From contig DATMMK010000029.1 in the NCBI GenBank assembly GCA_035569755.1, positions 1,816 through 65,815 of the forward strand: a stretch of DNA of 64,000 nucleotides, written 5' to 3'. This DNA comes from Steroidobacteraceae bacterium (lineage in GTDB: Bacteria; Pseudomonadota; Gammaproteobacteria; Steroidobacterales; Steroidobacteraceae). The translations under genes were made by a program, and so were the position numbers. Numbering within the stretch: the stretch's first letter is position 1; each line of letters begins with the position of its first letter. The notes beneath the pieces were generated by a model. That model did no database searches and was not told the DNA's origin. It worked only from the letters and a program-made list of their open reading frames with translations. This document shows, piece by piece, positions 54,574 to 62,501 of the stretch.

Positions 54574-55503
54574 TCAGGCGCGGGCGGCAGCGGGCGTGGC
54601 GAGCGCCGGAACGATGTTCGCGGCCAGGAAGTCGACGAACTGCTGCACGCGCGGGTCGGATTCGAGTGCGGCCGGGTAGAGCGCGTAGAGCGCATCCGCC
54701 GGCGGTACCGTCCACTCCGGCAGCACGGGCTTCAGGCGCGCGGTCGCGAGCCCCTGGCGGCAGAGGAACTCCGGCAGCAGCCCGACGCCGAGCCCGGCGG
54801 CGGTTGCAGCGTGCAGCACCGCCGGATCATCGACCGCGAGCTTGGGGACGAACGGCACCTCGGCGCGCTGCGTGCCGCGCGAGAGTGTCAGGCGAAACTC
54901 CGGCTGCCCGGAGAGCTCCGGCGTCAGCATGTCGTGCGCACGCAGATCGTCCGGCCGGGCGGGAATGCCGCGCTGCTGCAGGTAGGCGGGCGTGGCGGCA
55001 AGCAGCGCCGGCGGCGCACCGAGCAGCCGCTGCGTGAGCGCGCCGTCGGCGGGCGGGCGCGTGCGCACGGCGACGTCCCAGGCGCCCGCGGCGAGCTGCT
55101 GCGCGTCGAGCGCGACGTCGAGTGGCACGTGCGCGAAGGCCTCGAGGAAGCGCGGCACGAGCGGCGAGAGCAGCACGCGCCCGTAGGTCGGATCCGCCAC
55201 CACCCGCAGCGGCCGCCCCTCGGGGCTGAGGAGCCGGGAGATCGCGCTACGCGCCTGGTCGGACTCCTCGCCGACCCGGCGCGCGTGCGGGTAGACGAGC
55301 CGGCCCGCCGAGGTGAGGGCGATGCGGCGCGTGGTGCGCTCGAGCACCCGGGCCCCGAGCGCCTTCTCGAGGTCCGCGACCGCGCGGCTCACGGCCGCCT
55401 TCGGCACCCCGAGCGCGCGGGCCGCGGCCGAGAAGCCGTTGAGATCGACGACCTTGGCCAGCATCGCAAGTTGGGCGGGCGTCCAGATCTGGCTCATGAC
55501 CAA
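54574..55503 (-). CDS. LysR-family transcriptional regulator
   Basis: HTH LAKVVDLNGFSAAARALGVPKAAVSRAVADLEKAL. Divergent from the DUF1993 gene. Confidence 0.88.
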   Translation of the reverse strand: MVMSQIWTPAQLAMLAKVVDLNGFSAAARALGVPKAAVSRAVADLEKALGARVLERTTRRIALTSAGRLVYPHARRVGEESDQARSAISRLLSPEGRPLRVVADPTYGRVLLSPLVPRFLEAFAHVPLDVALDAQQLAAGAWDVAVRTRPPADGALTQRLLGAPPALLAATPAYLQQRGIPARPDDLRAHDMLTPELSGQPEFRLTLSRGTQRAEVPFVPKLAVDDPAVLHAATAAGLGVGLLPEFLCRQGLATARLKPVLPEWTVPPADALYALYPAALESDPRVQQFVDFLAANIVPALATPAAARA

Positions 55504-55608
55504 TTCCCGTTGGCGCGCCGTTGCATTGTTTCACCCGAGAGGCACGCGCGCCAGCCCTCCCGCAGCTAGAATCGGCGACCCCCGCTCAGACGATTCGAAA
55601 GGCCGCCC

Positions 55609-56121
55609 ATGAAGATCTCGATGCACGCCATGTCGGTGGATGTCTTCACGCGCGCGCTCGGCAATCTCTCGGCCTTTCTCGAGAAGGGCCAGGCGCACGC
55701 CGTGCAGCGCAAGTTCGAGCCCGCGGTGCTGCTCGGCTCGCGGCTCGCGCCCGACATGCATCCGCTCACCCGTCAGGTGCAGCTCGCGAGCGATATCTCC
55801 AAGAACTCCGTCGCGCGGCTCGCCGCGCAGGAGCCGCCGCGCTTCCCGGACACCGAGGCGAGCTTCGAGGAGCTGCACGCGCGCATCGCGCGCACCCTCG
55901 ATTACCTCAAGGGCGTTCCGGCGAGCGCGCTCGAGGGAGCGGAGACGCGCGACATCAAGCTCCCGGCGCGCGGCGATCGCACACTCGAGTTCAAGGGCCT
56001 CGAATTCCTCGAGCACTGGGCGATTCCCAACGTGTTTTTCCACGTGACGACCGCCTACGCGATCCTGCGCCACAACGGCGTCGAGCTCGGCAAGAGCGAC
56101 TTCCTCGGCGGCGCGCGCTGA
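55609..56121 (+). CDS. DUF1993 protein
   Basis: FTRALGNLSAFLEKG...LAPDMHPLTRQVQLASD...NVFFHVTTAYAILRHNGVELGKSDFLG is typical of DUF1993. Confidence 0.85.
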   Translation: MKISMHAMSVDVFTRALGNLSAFLEKGQAHAVQRKFEPAVLLGSRLAPDMHPLTRQVQLASDISKNSVARLAAQEPPRFPDTEASFEELHARIARTLDYLKGVPASALEGAETRDIKLPARGDRTLEFKGLEFLEHWAIPNVFFHVTTAYAILRHNGVELGKSDFLGGAR

Positions 56122-56369
56122 CGATCCGCGCCCCGCGGCCAACAGGCGGCCGCGCGGTTGCGGCGGTGAGGAAACGCGCCCGTCTCTCGGCGCTGCGGCG
56201 CGTGCGCTTCCAATATGACAAATGAAGGCGGCAATCTGTCGCCTTTTGCGAACAAACGCGAGCGAAATCACGGCAGCATGTCCGCCGGACTGCCACCCTT
56301 TCAGCGGAGGGAAAGCGCTGCGCCTGCACGGCGCGCGCTCGGGTCTCAGTCCGGAACCGGGAAGAACCT

Positions 56370-58613
56370 TTGCTGCAGAAATTCAGGGCCGCGCGCGCGG
56401 CTGCCACCCCCGCGTCCGTGCCGACACTTGCACCGGCGGTGCCGCACGGGCCGGCGACGGTCGAGTCTCTCGGCCAGCAGCTGCGCGAAGTCCTGCCCGC
56501 GCGCCGGCTGCAGTCGGTTTCGCTGTGCGATCACGAAGCCAACGTGCTGTGGCTCTCCGAGGGCGCGCTCGGACCCGACGAGCACGTGCTGGTGGTGGAA
56601 GCCCTCGAGGTCCTCACCGCCGATCCCGCCATCCCCTGCCACGAGACCGCCGTCGAGGACGGACGGCTCGCCGTCTTCCTGCCCGTCCGCGCCCCTACGG
56701 GGAGCCTGGTAGGCGTCGCCATGATCCTCGCCGACAGCAAGTCCGTCGGCGATGACACGCTCGAGCGGCTGACCGCGGCACCGGTGCGCTCGATCATGCA
56801 GCGCCTCGCGGTGGCGCTGAAGCCCTCCTCAGCTCACGGAGCCGTCGCCTCGATCGCTCACGACCCTGTGCCTCTCGAGCCCGAGGAAGTCGCGAGCGCG
56901 ATCAAGGCCGCCGTGGCCGGCGAAGCCGCAGAGCCCGCGGAAGCCCTAGAGACCTTCGAAGATCCCAAGCCGGCCGCGGCTTTCGCGGCCGAGATCGAGC
57001 TCGCACTCGCCCCCGAGGCCGAGCCTACCCGAGCGCCGAGGCGGGCCGTGCCGACCGCCGCACCTGCAGCCGCCGACGGCCTCTCCGAATCGGGCATCAC
57101 CGCGGTCGAGATCGCCAACCTGCTCGAGCTCGAGCTCACCCCCGAGGAGGAGGAGTTGCGGCCCGCACCCGCGCGCGCCGCCGCGGCGGCACCCTCGAAG
57201 CAGGTGGCCAAACCGGTGGCCGCCCCGCCCGCGGCCAGCGAGCCCGCCATCGACGACTCCGGGATGCTGAAGCTCGAGTTTCTCGCCGAGCCGCCGGTCG
57301 TGCAGCCCGCAGCGAATCCCACCGCCGTCGCGAAGAAACTCCAGGCGGCCTCCAAGGCGGCCGAGGTCGCGCCGACCCGTGCCCCGCGTCCGCTGCCTGC
57401 CCCGGTGGCGCGCCCGAGCGCGGCGGCCGCAAAGGGCAAGGCGCCGGCACCCGCCGCACCGCCCGTAGCGCGCAGTACGGGACCGGCGCTCGTGCCAGCA
57501 CTGCCCGCACGCAGCCCTTTCGAGCCCGTTCCGGCTCACGCGCGGCTCAGCCTTGAAGCGAGCGACGACGTGGTCGTGCTCTTCGACTCCGACCCGGCCG
57601 AGGTGCCGGCGCGCCCAGCGCCCGCGGCGCCCGCGCCCCCCAAAGCACCGCCCGCCCCTCAGGCGCGCACCGCTCCACCGGCCCGGCCCGCCGCGCAGCC
57701 GACGCGCGTGCCAGTCGCGCGCAGCGCACCCGCGGTGCGCACCGCGACCACCGCCCGTCTCACGCCCGCCGCGCCACGGCCGCAAGCGGCGCGTCCCCCG
57801 GCTGCCGCTCCCGCGCCGGCTCCGGCGGCGGCTCCGCCACGCGCTCCGGCGCCCGCGGCGGCCGCTCCGATCGCTCCCCCGGCAGTGGCGGCGCCCCCGA
57901 CGAGCCCGGCCCTGGACCTCGTTCCCTTTGCGAAGCTGCGTGCCGGCGGTCAGAGCCGGCGCTTCCAGGTGCAGCCGCGCGCATCGGCTTCACAGCGCGA
58001 TTCCGCCGCGCTCGATGAGCAGACCGTGCAGGAGCTGCTCAGCTGGCTCGGCGCCAACCGCGCGCTCTGGAACGGCGTGCCGACGAGCTTCACGGTGAAT
58101 CTCTCGATCGCGACTCTCGAGGACGAGCGCTTCCTCACGAAGGTCGGCGCCGCGCTCAACACTCACGGCATCGCCGCCGAGACGCTCGGCTTCGAGATCG
58201 CCGAGTCGCTCTGCGGGCAGCAGCGTGCCAAGGTCGAGCGCTTCTTCGCCCAGTGCGAGAAGCTCGGCGTCTGGATCGCCATCGACGACTTCTCATTCGA
58301 CTCCCAGATGCTGCCGCTGCTGCGCTCGAAGGCGTTGCGCATGCTGAAGCTCGACGCGCGGCTCACGGCGGCGGCGCTGCGCGACAAGCTCTCACAGGCC
58401 ATGGTGGTGGCCTCCGTACAGGCAGCCAAGGTGCTCGGCATCCATTGCTCGGCCAAGAAGGCCGACTCGCACGCCTCGCTCCAGTACCTCGCTGCAATTG
58501 GCCTCGACTACGCCCAGGGCACTGCGCCTACCAGGACTGTGCCCCTCGAGGCGATCGCGACGATCGTCGATTCCCGCTCCAGCGGGAAGCCGACTCCAGA
58601 AAATAACGAATAA
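56370..58613 (+). CDS. 747-aa protein: small N-terminal sensory-like domain, about 350 aa of Ala/Pro-rich low complexity, and a degenerate EAL-like C-terminal domain
   Basis: TTG start from the ORF track. The C-terminal region keeps the EAL-family landmarks FTVNLS, GFEIAES (58191-58208), IAIDDFSFD (58275-58301), LKLD and DYAQG. It lacks the EAL/ExL signature and the EGVE motif. Confidence 0.68.
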   Translation: MLQKFRAARAAATPASVPTLAPAVPHGPATVESLGQQLREVLPARRLQSVSLCDHEANVLWLSEGALGPDEHVLVVEALEVLTADPAIPCHETAVEDGRLAVFLPVRAPTGSLVGVAMILADSKSVGDDTLERLTAAPVRSIMQRLAVALKPSSAHGAVASIAHDPVPLEPEEVASAIKAAVAGEAAEPAEALETFEDPKPAAAFAAEIELALAPEAEPTRAPRRAVPTAAPAAADGLSESGITAVEIANLLELELTPEEEELRPAPARAAAAAPSKQVAKPVAAPPAASEPAIDDSGMLKLEFLAEPPVVQPAANPTAVAKKLQAASKAAEVAPTRAPRPLPAPVARPSAAAAKGKAPAPAAPPVARSTGPALVPALPARSPFEPVPAHARLSLEASDDVVVLFDSDPAEVPARPAPAAPAPPKAPPAPQARTAPPARPAAQPTRVPVARSAPAVRTATTARLTPAAPRPQAARPPAAAPAPAPAAAPPRAPAPAAAAPIAPPAVAAPPTSPALDLVPFAKLRAGGQSRRFQVQPRASASQRDSAALDEQTVQELLSWLGANRALWNGVPTSFTVNLSIATLEDERFLTKVGAALNTHGIAAETLGFEIAESLCGQQRAKVERFFAQCEKLGVWIAIDDFSFDSQMLPLLRSKALRMLKLDARLTAAALRDKLSQAMVVASVQAAKVLGIHCSAKKADSHASLQYLAAIGLDYAQGTAPTRTVPLEAIATIVDSRSSGKPTPENNE

Positions 58614-58716
58614 ATTCAGCTTCTTCAGGGTCCGGGTGCGACGAAGCGTGGCTCCGGCGCGCCGGGTCGGCCGACGCCCGCAACGACAGATGCCCTAAGC
58701 TCCCCCGACGGGCCCC

Positions 58717-59853
58717 ATGAAGATGCCGACGCTCGAGCAATTCCGTAAGAACCGCAACGTGCTCTTCTGGAGCCTGCACGCGGCGTTCTGGGCTGCGTAC
58801 GGCATCACGCAGTACGTGGGCGACATCTTCTACGCCTACGGCTCCTCCTCGAGCTGGGGACTGCTGCTCCTGATCGTCGCGGGCGCCGGCTTCGTGCTGT
58901 CGGCGCCGATGCGCTACATCTACCGGCAGCTCTGGGGCCGCCAGCCGCGCACCATCGTCGTCAGCGTGCTCCTCACCTGCTACATCACGGCGCTGGCGCT
59001 GCGCCTGGTGATCAACCTCTTCTACCGGGAGCTCATCGCGCCGGACTGGGAGGTGAAGACGCTCTTCGAGCTCTTCGGCGGCGCGCTCTCGACGGCGTAT
59101 CTGCTCCTGTGCTGGAGCGTGCTGTACTTCGGGATCAAGTTCTACGAGTCCAAGCGGCAGCAGGAGGAGGCGATGCTGAAGGCCGTGGCGCTCGCGCAGG
59201 AGGCGCAGCTGAAGATGCTGCGCTACCAGCTCAACCCCCATTTCCTCTTCAATACGCTGAACGCCATCTCGACGCTGATCCTCGACAACCAGAACCGCAA
59301 GGCGAACCAGGCGGTGGCGCGACTGTCGGAGTTCCTGCGGTACACCCTCGACCAGGACCCCATGAAGAAGGTGACACTGCGCCAGGAGATCGAGGCCCTC
59401 GACCTGTATCTCGGCACCGAGCGCTTGCGCTTCGGCGAGCGGCTGCGCCTCGAGTACGCGATCGAGGGGGAGGCACTCGATGCCCTGGTGCCGAGCCTGC
59501 TGCTGCAGCCGCTGCTCGAGAACTCTCTGAAGTACGCGGTGTCATCGCGCGAGCAGGGCGGCATGGTGCGCATCGAGGGCCGCACGCGCGAGGGGCTGCT
59601 CGAGCTCTCGGTCATCGACGACGGCCCCGGGCTCCCCGACGGGCCGCCGCCGGGCGACCGCCGCGGCGTGGGGCTCGCCAACACGCGCGAGCGGCTCAAG
59701 GTGCTCTACGGCGACAGCTGCCGCTTCGCGGCGCTCAACAGTCACCCGGGACTTCGGGTCGATATGGCGCTGCCGCTAGAGACCGCACCGCCTGAGGAGC
59801 GCGCCGCGCAGCGGGCGCTCACCGCGCGGCTTTCGGGAGGTGTCCACGCATGA
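58717..59853 (+). CDS. LytS/YehU-type sensor histidine kinase (second copy in the window)
   Basis: Multiple TM helices, LRYQLNPHFLFNTLNAISTLI, LLLQPLLENSLKYAV, GVGLANTRERL. Confidence 0.85.
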   Translation: MKMPTLEQFRKNRNVLFWSLHAAFWAAYGITQYVGDIFYAYGSSSSWGLLLLIVAGAGFVLSAPMRYIYRQLWGRQPRTIVVSVLLTCYITALALRLVINLFYRELIAPDWEVKTLFELFGGALSTAYLLLCWSVLYFGIKFYESKRQQEEAMLKAVALAQEAQLKMLRYQLNPHFLFNTLNAISTLILDNQNRKANQAVARLSEFLRYTLDQDPMKKVTLRQEIEALDLYLGTERLRFGERLRLEYAIEGEALDALVPSLLLQPLLENSLKYAVSSREQGGMVRIEGRTREGLLELSVIDDGPGLPDGPPPGDRRGVGLANTRERLKVLYGDSCRFAALNSHPGLRVDMALPLETAPPEERAAQRALTARLSGGVHA

Positions 59854-60671
59854 AGGTGCGCACGATCATCGTCGACGACGAGGTACTGTCGCGGCGCGGG
59901 CTCGAGATCCGCACGCGCGAGCTGGCGGACTTCGAGATCGTGGCGCAATGCGCCAACGGCCGCGAGGCGCTCGCCGCCATCCAGCAGTACAAGCCGGATC
60001 TGGTGTTCCTCGACATCCAGATGCCGGCCATGTCGGGCTTCGAGGTGCTGGCACACCTGCCGCAGGAGTCGTTTCCACTGGTGGTGTTCGTCACCGCCTA
60101 CGACCAGTACGCGATCCAGGCGTTCGAGGCGCGGGCCATCGACTACCTCCTGAAGCCCATCGACGAGGAGCGCTTCGCCGAGGCGGTGGAGCGGGTGCGC
60201 GAGCACCTGCGGGCGCGCAGCGCGGCGGCGCAGCGCGACCGCCTCATGCAGATCATCGCCGAGATCACCGGCTGCGGGCAGCTCGCGCTCGATGAGCTGC
60301 TCGAGCACGGCCGCAAGGCGCTCGGCGGCGGGCGGCCCGAGGTGCTGCCGATCCGCCAGGGGCGCGAGACGGTGCGGGTGCCGGTCGCTCGCATCCAGTG
60401 GGTCGATGCGGCCGGCGACTACATGTGCATCCACGTCGACGGCGAGACTCATATCCTGCGCGGCACGATGAAGGAGCTCGAGGAGCTGCTCGACCCGAAG
60501 CTCTTCCAGCGGGTGCACCGCTCGACGATCGTGAACCTGCGCCTGGTACGGAGCCTGCGCGCCCACATGAACGGCGAGTACTTCCTCACCCTCGAGAGCG
60601 GGCACGAGCTGAAGCTCTCGCGCACCTACCGCGACAAGATCGAGTACTTCCTCTCCGGCTCGACCACCTGA
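59850..60671 (+). CDS. LytTR-family response regulator (second copy)
   Basis: TIIVDDEVLSR...DLVFLDIQMPAMSGFE, then LytTR (IQWVDAAGDYMCIHV...FQRVHRSTIVN). The ATG overlaps the kinase stop (ATGA). Confidence 0.9.
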   Translation: MKVRTIIVDDEVLSRRGLEIRTRELADFEIVAQCANGREALAAIQQYKPDLVFLDIQMPAMSGFEVLAHLPQESFPLVVFVTAYDQYAIQAFEARAIDYLLKPIDEERFAEAVERVREHLRARSAAAQRDRLMQIIAEITGCGQLALDELLEHGRKALGGGRPEVLPIRQGRETVRVPVARIQWVDAAGDYMCIHVDGETHILRGTMKELEELLDPKLFQRVHRSTIVNLRLVRSLRAHMNGEYFLTLESGHELKLSRTYRDKIEYFLSGSTT

Positions 60672-60812
60672 AGCGCAACCCGCCCGTACCCCGCGGGAGA
60701 GGCACTCGCGGCTTAAGACAAGTGAGAACTGCGTCACACGCGGGTGAGCCCATCCGCGATCTGTGAGCCACCCCGACGCCGCCACCCGACCGCACCATTA
60801 GTTTGGCGGCGT

Positions 60813-62474
60813 ATGGAAGCCACGTCCCGCCCACCCCTGGAATCCCTGCCCGATCTGCCGGTGGAGGAGCCGGCCGACGCCCCCGCGCCCGACACGGCGT
60901 CGACTCAGACCCTGCTGCAGCCCGAGGCACTCCTCGCGCTCGACGACGAGCCAACCATCCCCGGACTCACCGAAGCGCCGATGCCCGAGCTTCCGCAGCT
61001 GCTCGAAGTCGACCCCGATGCACCGCTCACGCTCGAGAGCAGCTTCGAGGTCGACCGGATGCTGTCGTCGTCCCCCCCGTCCGCGCCCGTGGCGCAACCA
61101 CCCACGGTGCGTGCCGCACCCGTCGAGCCCGAGCTGACTCTTTTTCCGGATACGACAGCGCGCGTGAAGAGCGCCGCGCCCGAACGCGCGCCGACGCCGC
61201 CGGGCGCGAGACCCGCGCCGGCTGCGAAGAGCGGCGATGCCCCGCCACCGGCCGCACCCGCACTGGTGCCGCTCGCGCGGCGTGCCTCGATCAGTGCCGC
61301 CGCCGAAAAGCTCGCCGCCGCGGCCGCAGCGGCCGCCGGCGCCAGCGCACCGCAGGGCGTGGCGAAGCCCTCGCCCCCCATCGCTCCCGCTCCCACGGTC
61401 GTGCCCGTGAGGCCACGCATGGCCCCAACGGAAGCGGCCGCGAGCGTCACGCCGATCGCCAGAAAAGCCGTAGCCCCGGTGAGCGCCTCTCCGGCGACGG
61501 CGGAGGTGCCGCCCGCACCCGCCCCGCCCGCAGCGGCGGCGGATGCTCCATCTCTGGCGAGCTGGGCGAGCGCGCGCGCGGCCGCTGCCTCATCCGCCAG
61601 GACCGCGGCAGGCACCGCGCCCCGCCCGACTGCACCCGCGGCGAAGGCTGCGCCGCCCGCTGCCACCGAAAGGCCGCGTGCCGCCGCACCGGCGGCAGTG
61701 CCCCGGCCGGCGCCCGCTCCCGCAGTACCCCCGCCGGCGGCAACACCCCTGCCGGCCGCAACTCCCGCGCGGGGAATGGACCGCGATTTCATCGCCCGCA
61801 ACCAGGTCGTCGACCGCTATTTCTCGGGCAAGCTCCCGATCAAGGCGGCGACTGAGTTCGAGCGCTACTGCAACGAGCACCCCGAGCTGCTCGATGAGCT
61901 CGGGCTGCCCGAGCGCGTGCACGCGGGACTGCGGCTCCTCGAGGCGAGCGGCAAGCCCGAGCCCTGGCAGGAAGCACCGAAGCCGATCTGGCAGAAGCCG
62001 GCGTCGATCCTCGGCATCGCCGGACTCGCCTTCGTCCTGATGCTCGCGCTCGCGATCGTCGTCGCCGGGAGCTCCGCCAAGAGCCGCAAGATCCTCGAGC
62101 TGCAGCGCCAGGTGGCCGATCGAACGCTCGATGCGGCGACCAGCACCCGCATCATCCGCCTGCTGCCGAGCCGCGCGGGGGCGACCAACACGCCCGCCAT
62201 CGTGATCGGCGATGGCGCGGCGAAGCTCGTCGACTTCCGCATCGACGAGTCGCGCTCACCTTATAAGGATTTCCGCATCACCATCGACCGCCTCGACCAG
62301 GGGCGCGTGATGATCATCGACAATCTCACCAAGGATTCCAACGGCCACCTGCGGGTCGCCGTCAACAGCTCCGCCTTCGGCCCCGGGAACTACCTGCTGA
62401 CCATCGAGGGGCTCACCATGCGCCTCGAGCCGCAACCGGATTCCTGGGTGACGATCGGCATCGCGCAGCGCTGA
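60813..62474 (+). CDS. 553-aa single-pass membrane protein: about 300 aa Ala/Pro-rich N-terminal region, an anti-sigma-like helix, a TM segment and a beta-rich periplasmic domain
   Basis: ATG 60813 chosen; the track ORF starts at 60744. VVDRYFSGKLPIKAATEFERYCNEHPELLDEL resembles anti-sigma N-terminal domains but has no cysteine pairs. TM segment ILGIAGLAFVLMLALAIVVAG. No family recognised for the C-terminus. Confidence 0.58.
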   Translation: MEATSRPPLESLPDLPVEEPADAPAPDTASTQTLLQPEALLALDDEPTIPGLTEAPMPELPQLLEVDPDAPLTLESSFEVDRMLSSSPPSAPVAQPPTVRAAPVEPELTLFPDTTARVKSAAPERAPTPPGARPAPAAKSGDAPPPAAPALVPLARRASISAAAEKLAAAAAAAAGASAPQGVAKPSPPIAPAPTVVPVRPRMAPTEAAASVTPIARKAVAPVSASPATAEVPPAPAPPAAAADAPSLASWASARAAAASSARTAAGTAPRPTAPAAKAAPPAATERPRAAAPAAVPRPAPAPAVPPPAATPLPAATPARGMDRDFIARNQVVDRYFSGKLPIKAATEFERYCNEHPELLDELGLPERVHAGLRLLEASGKPEPWQEAPKPIWQKPASILGIAGLAFVLMLALAIVVAGSSAKSRKILELQRQVADRTLDAATSTRIIRLLPSRAGATNTPAIVIGDGAAKLVDFRIDESRSPYKDFRITIDRLDQGRVMIIDNLTKDSNGHLRVAVNSSAFGPGNYLLTIEGLTMRLEPQPDSWVTIGIAQR

Positions 62475-62501
62475 GCACCTGAGCTTCCTGCTGATTCGTG
62501 C

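Noticed and set aside
56820-57930. Highly repetitive-looking GC-rich DNA (also at 60930..61770) as a possible tandem repeat or CRISPR-like array
   Set aside because: It has no fixed-length direct repeats or spacers. The periodicity is just GCN/CCN codon reiteration encoding Ala/Pro-rich low complexity inside long ORFs.
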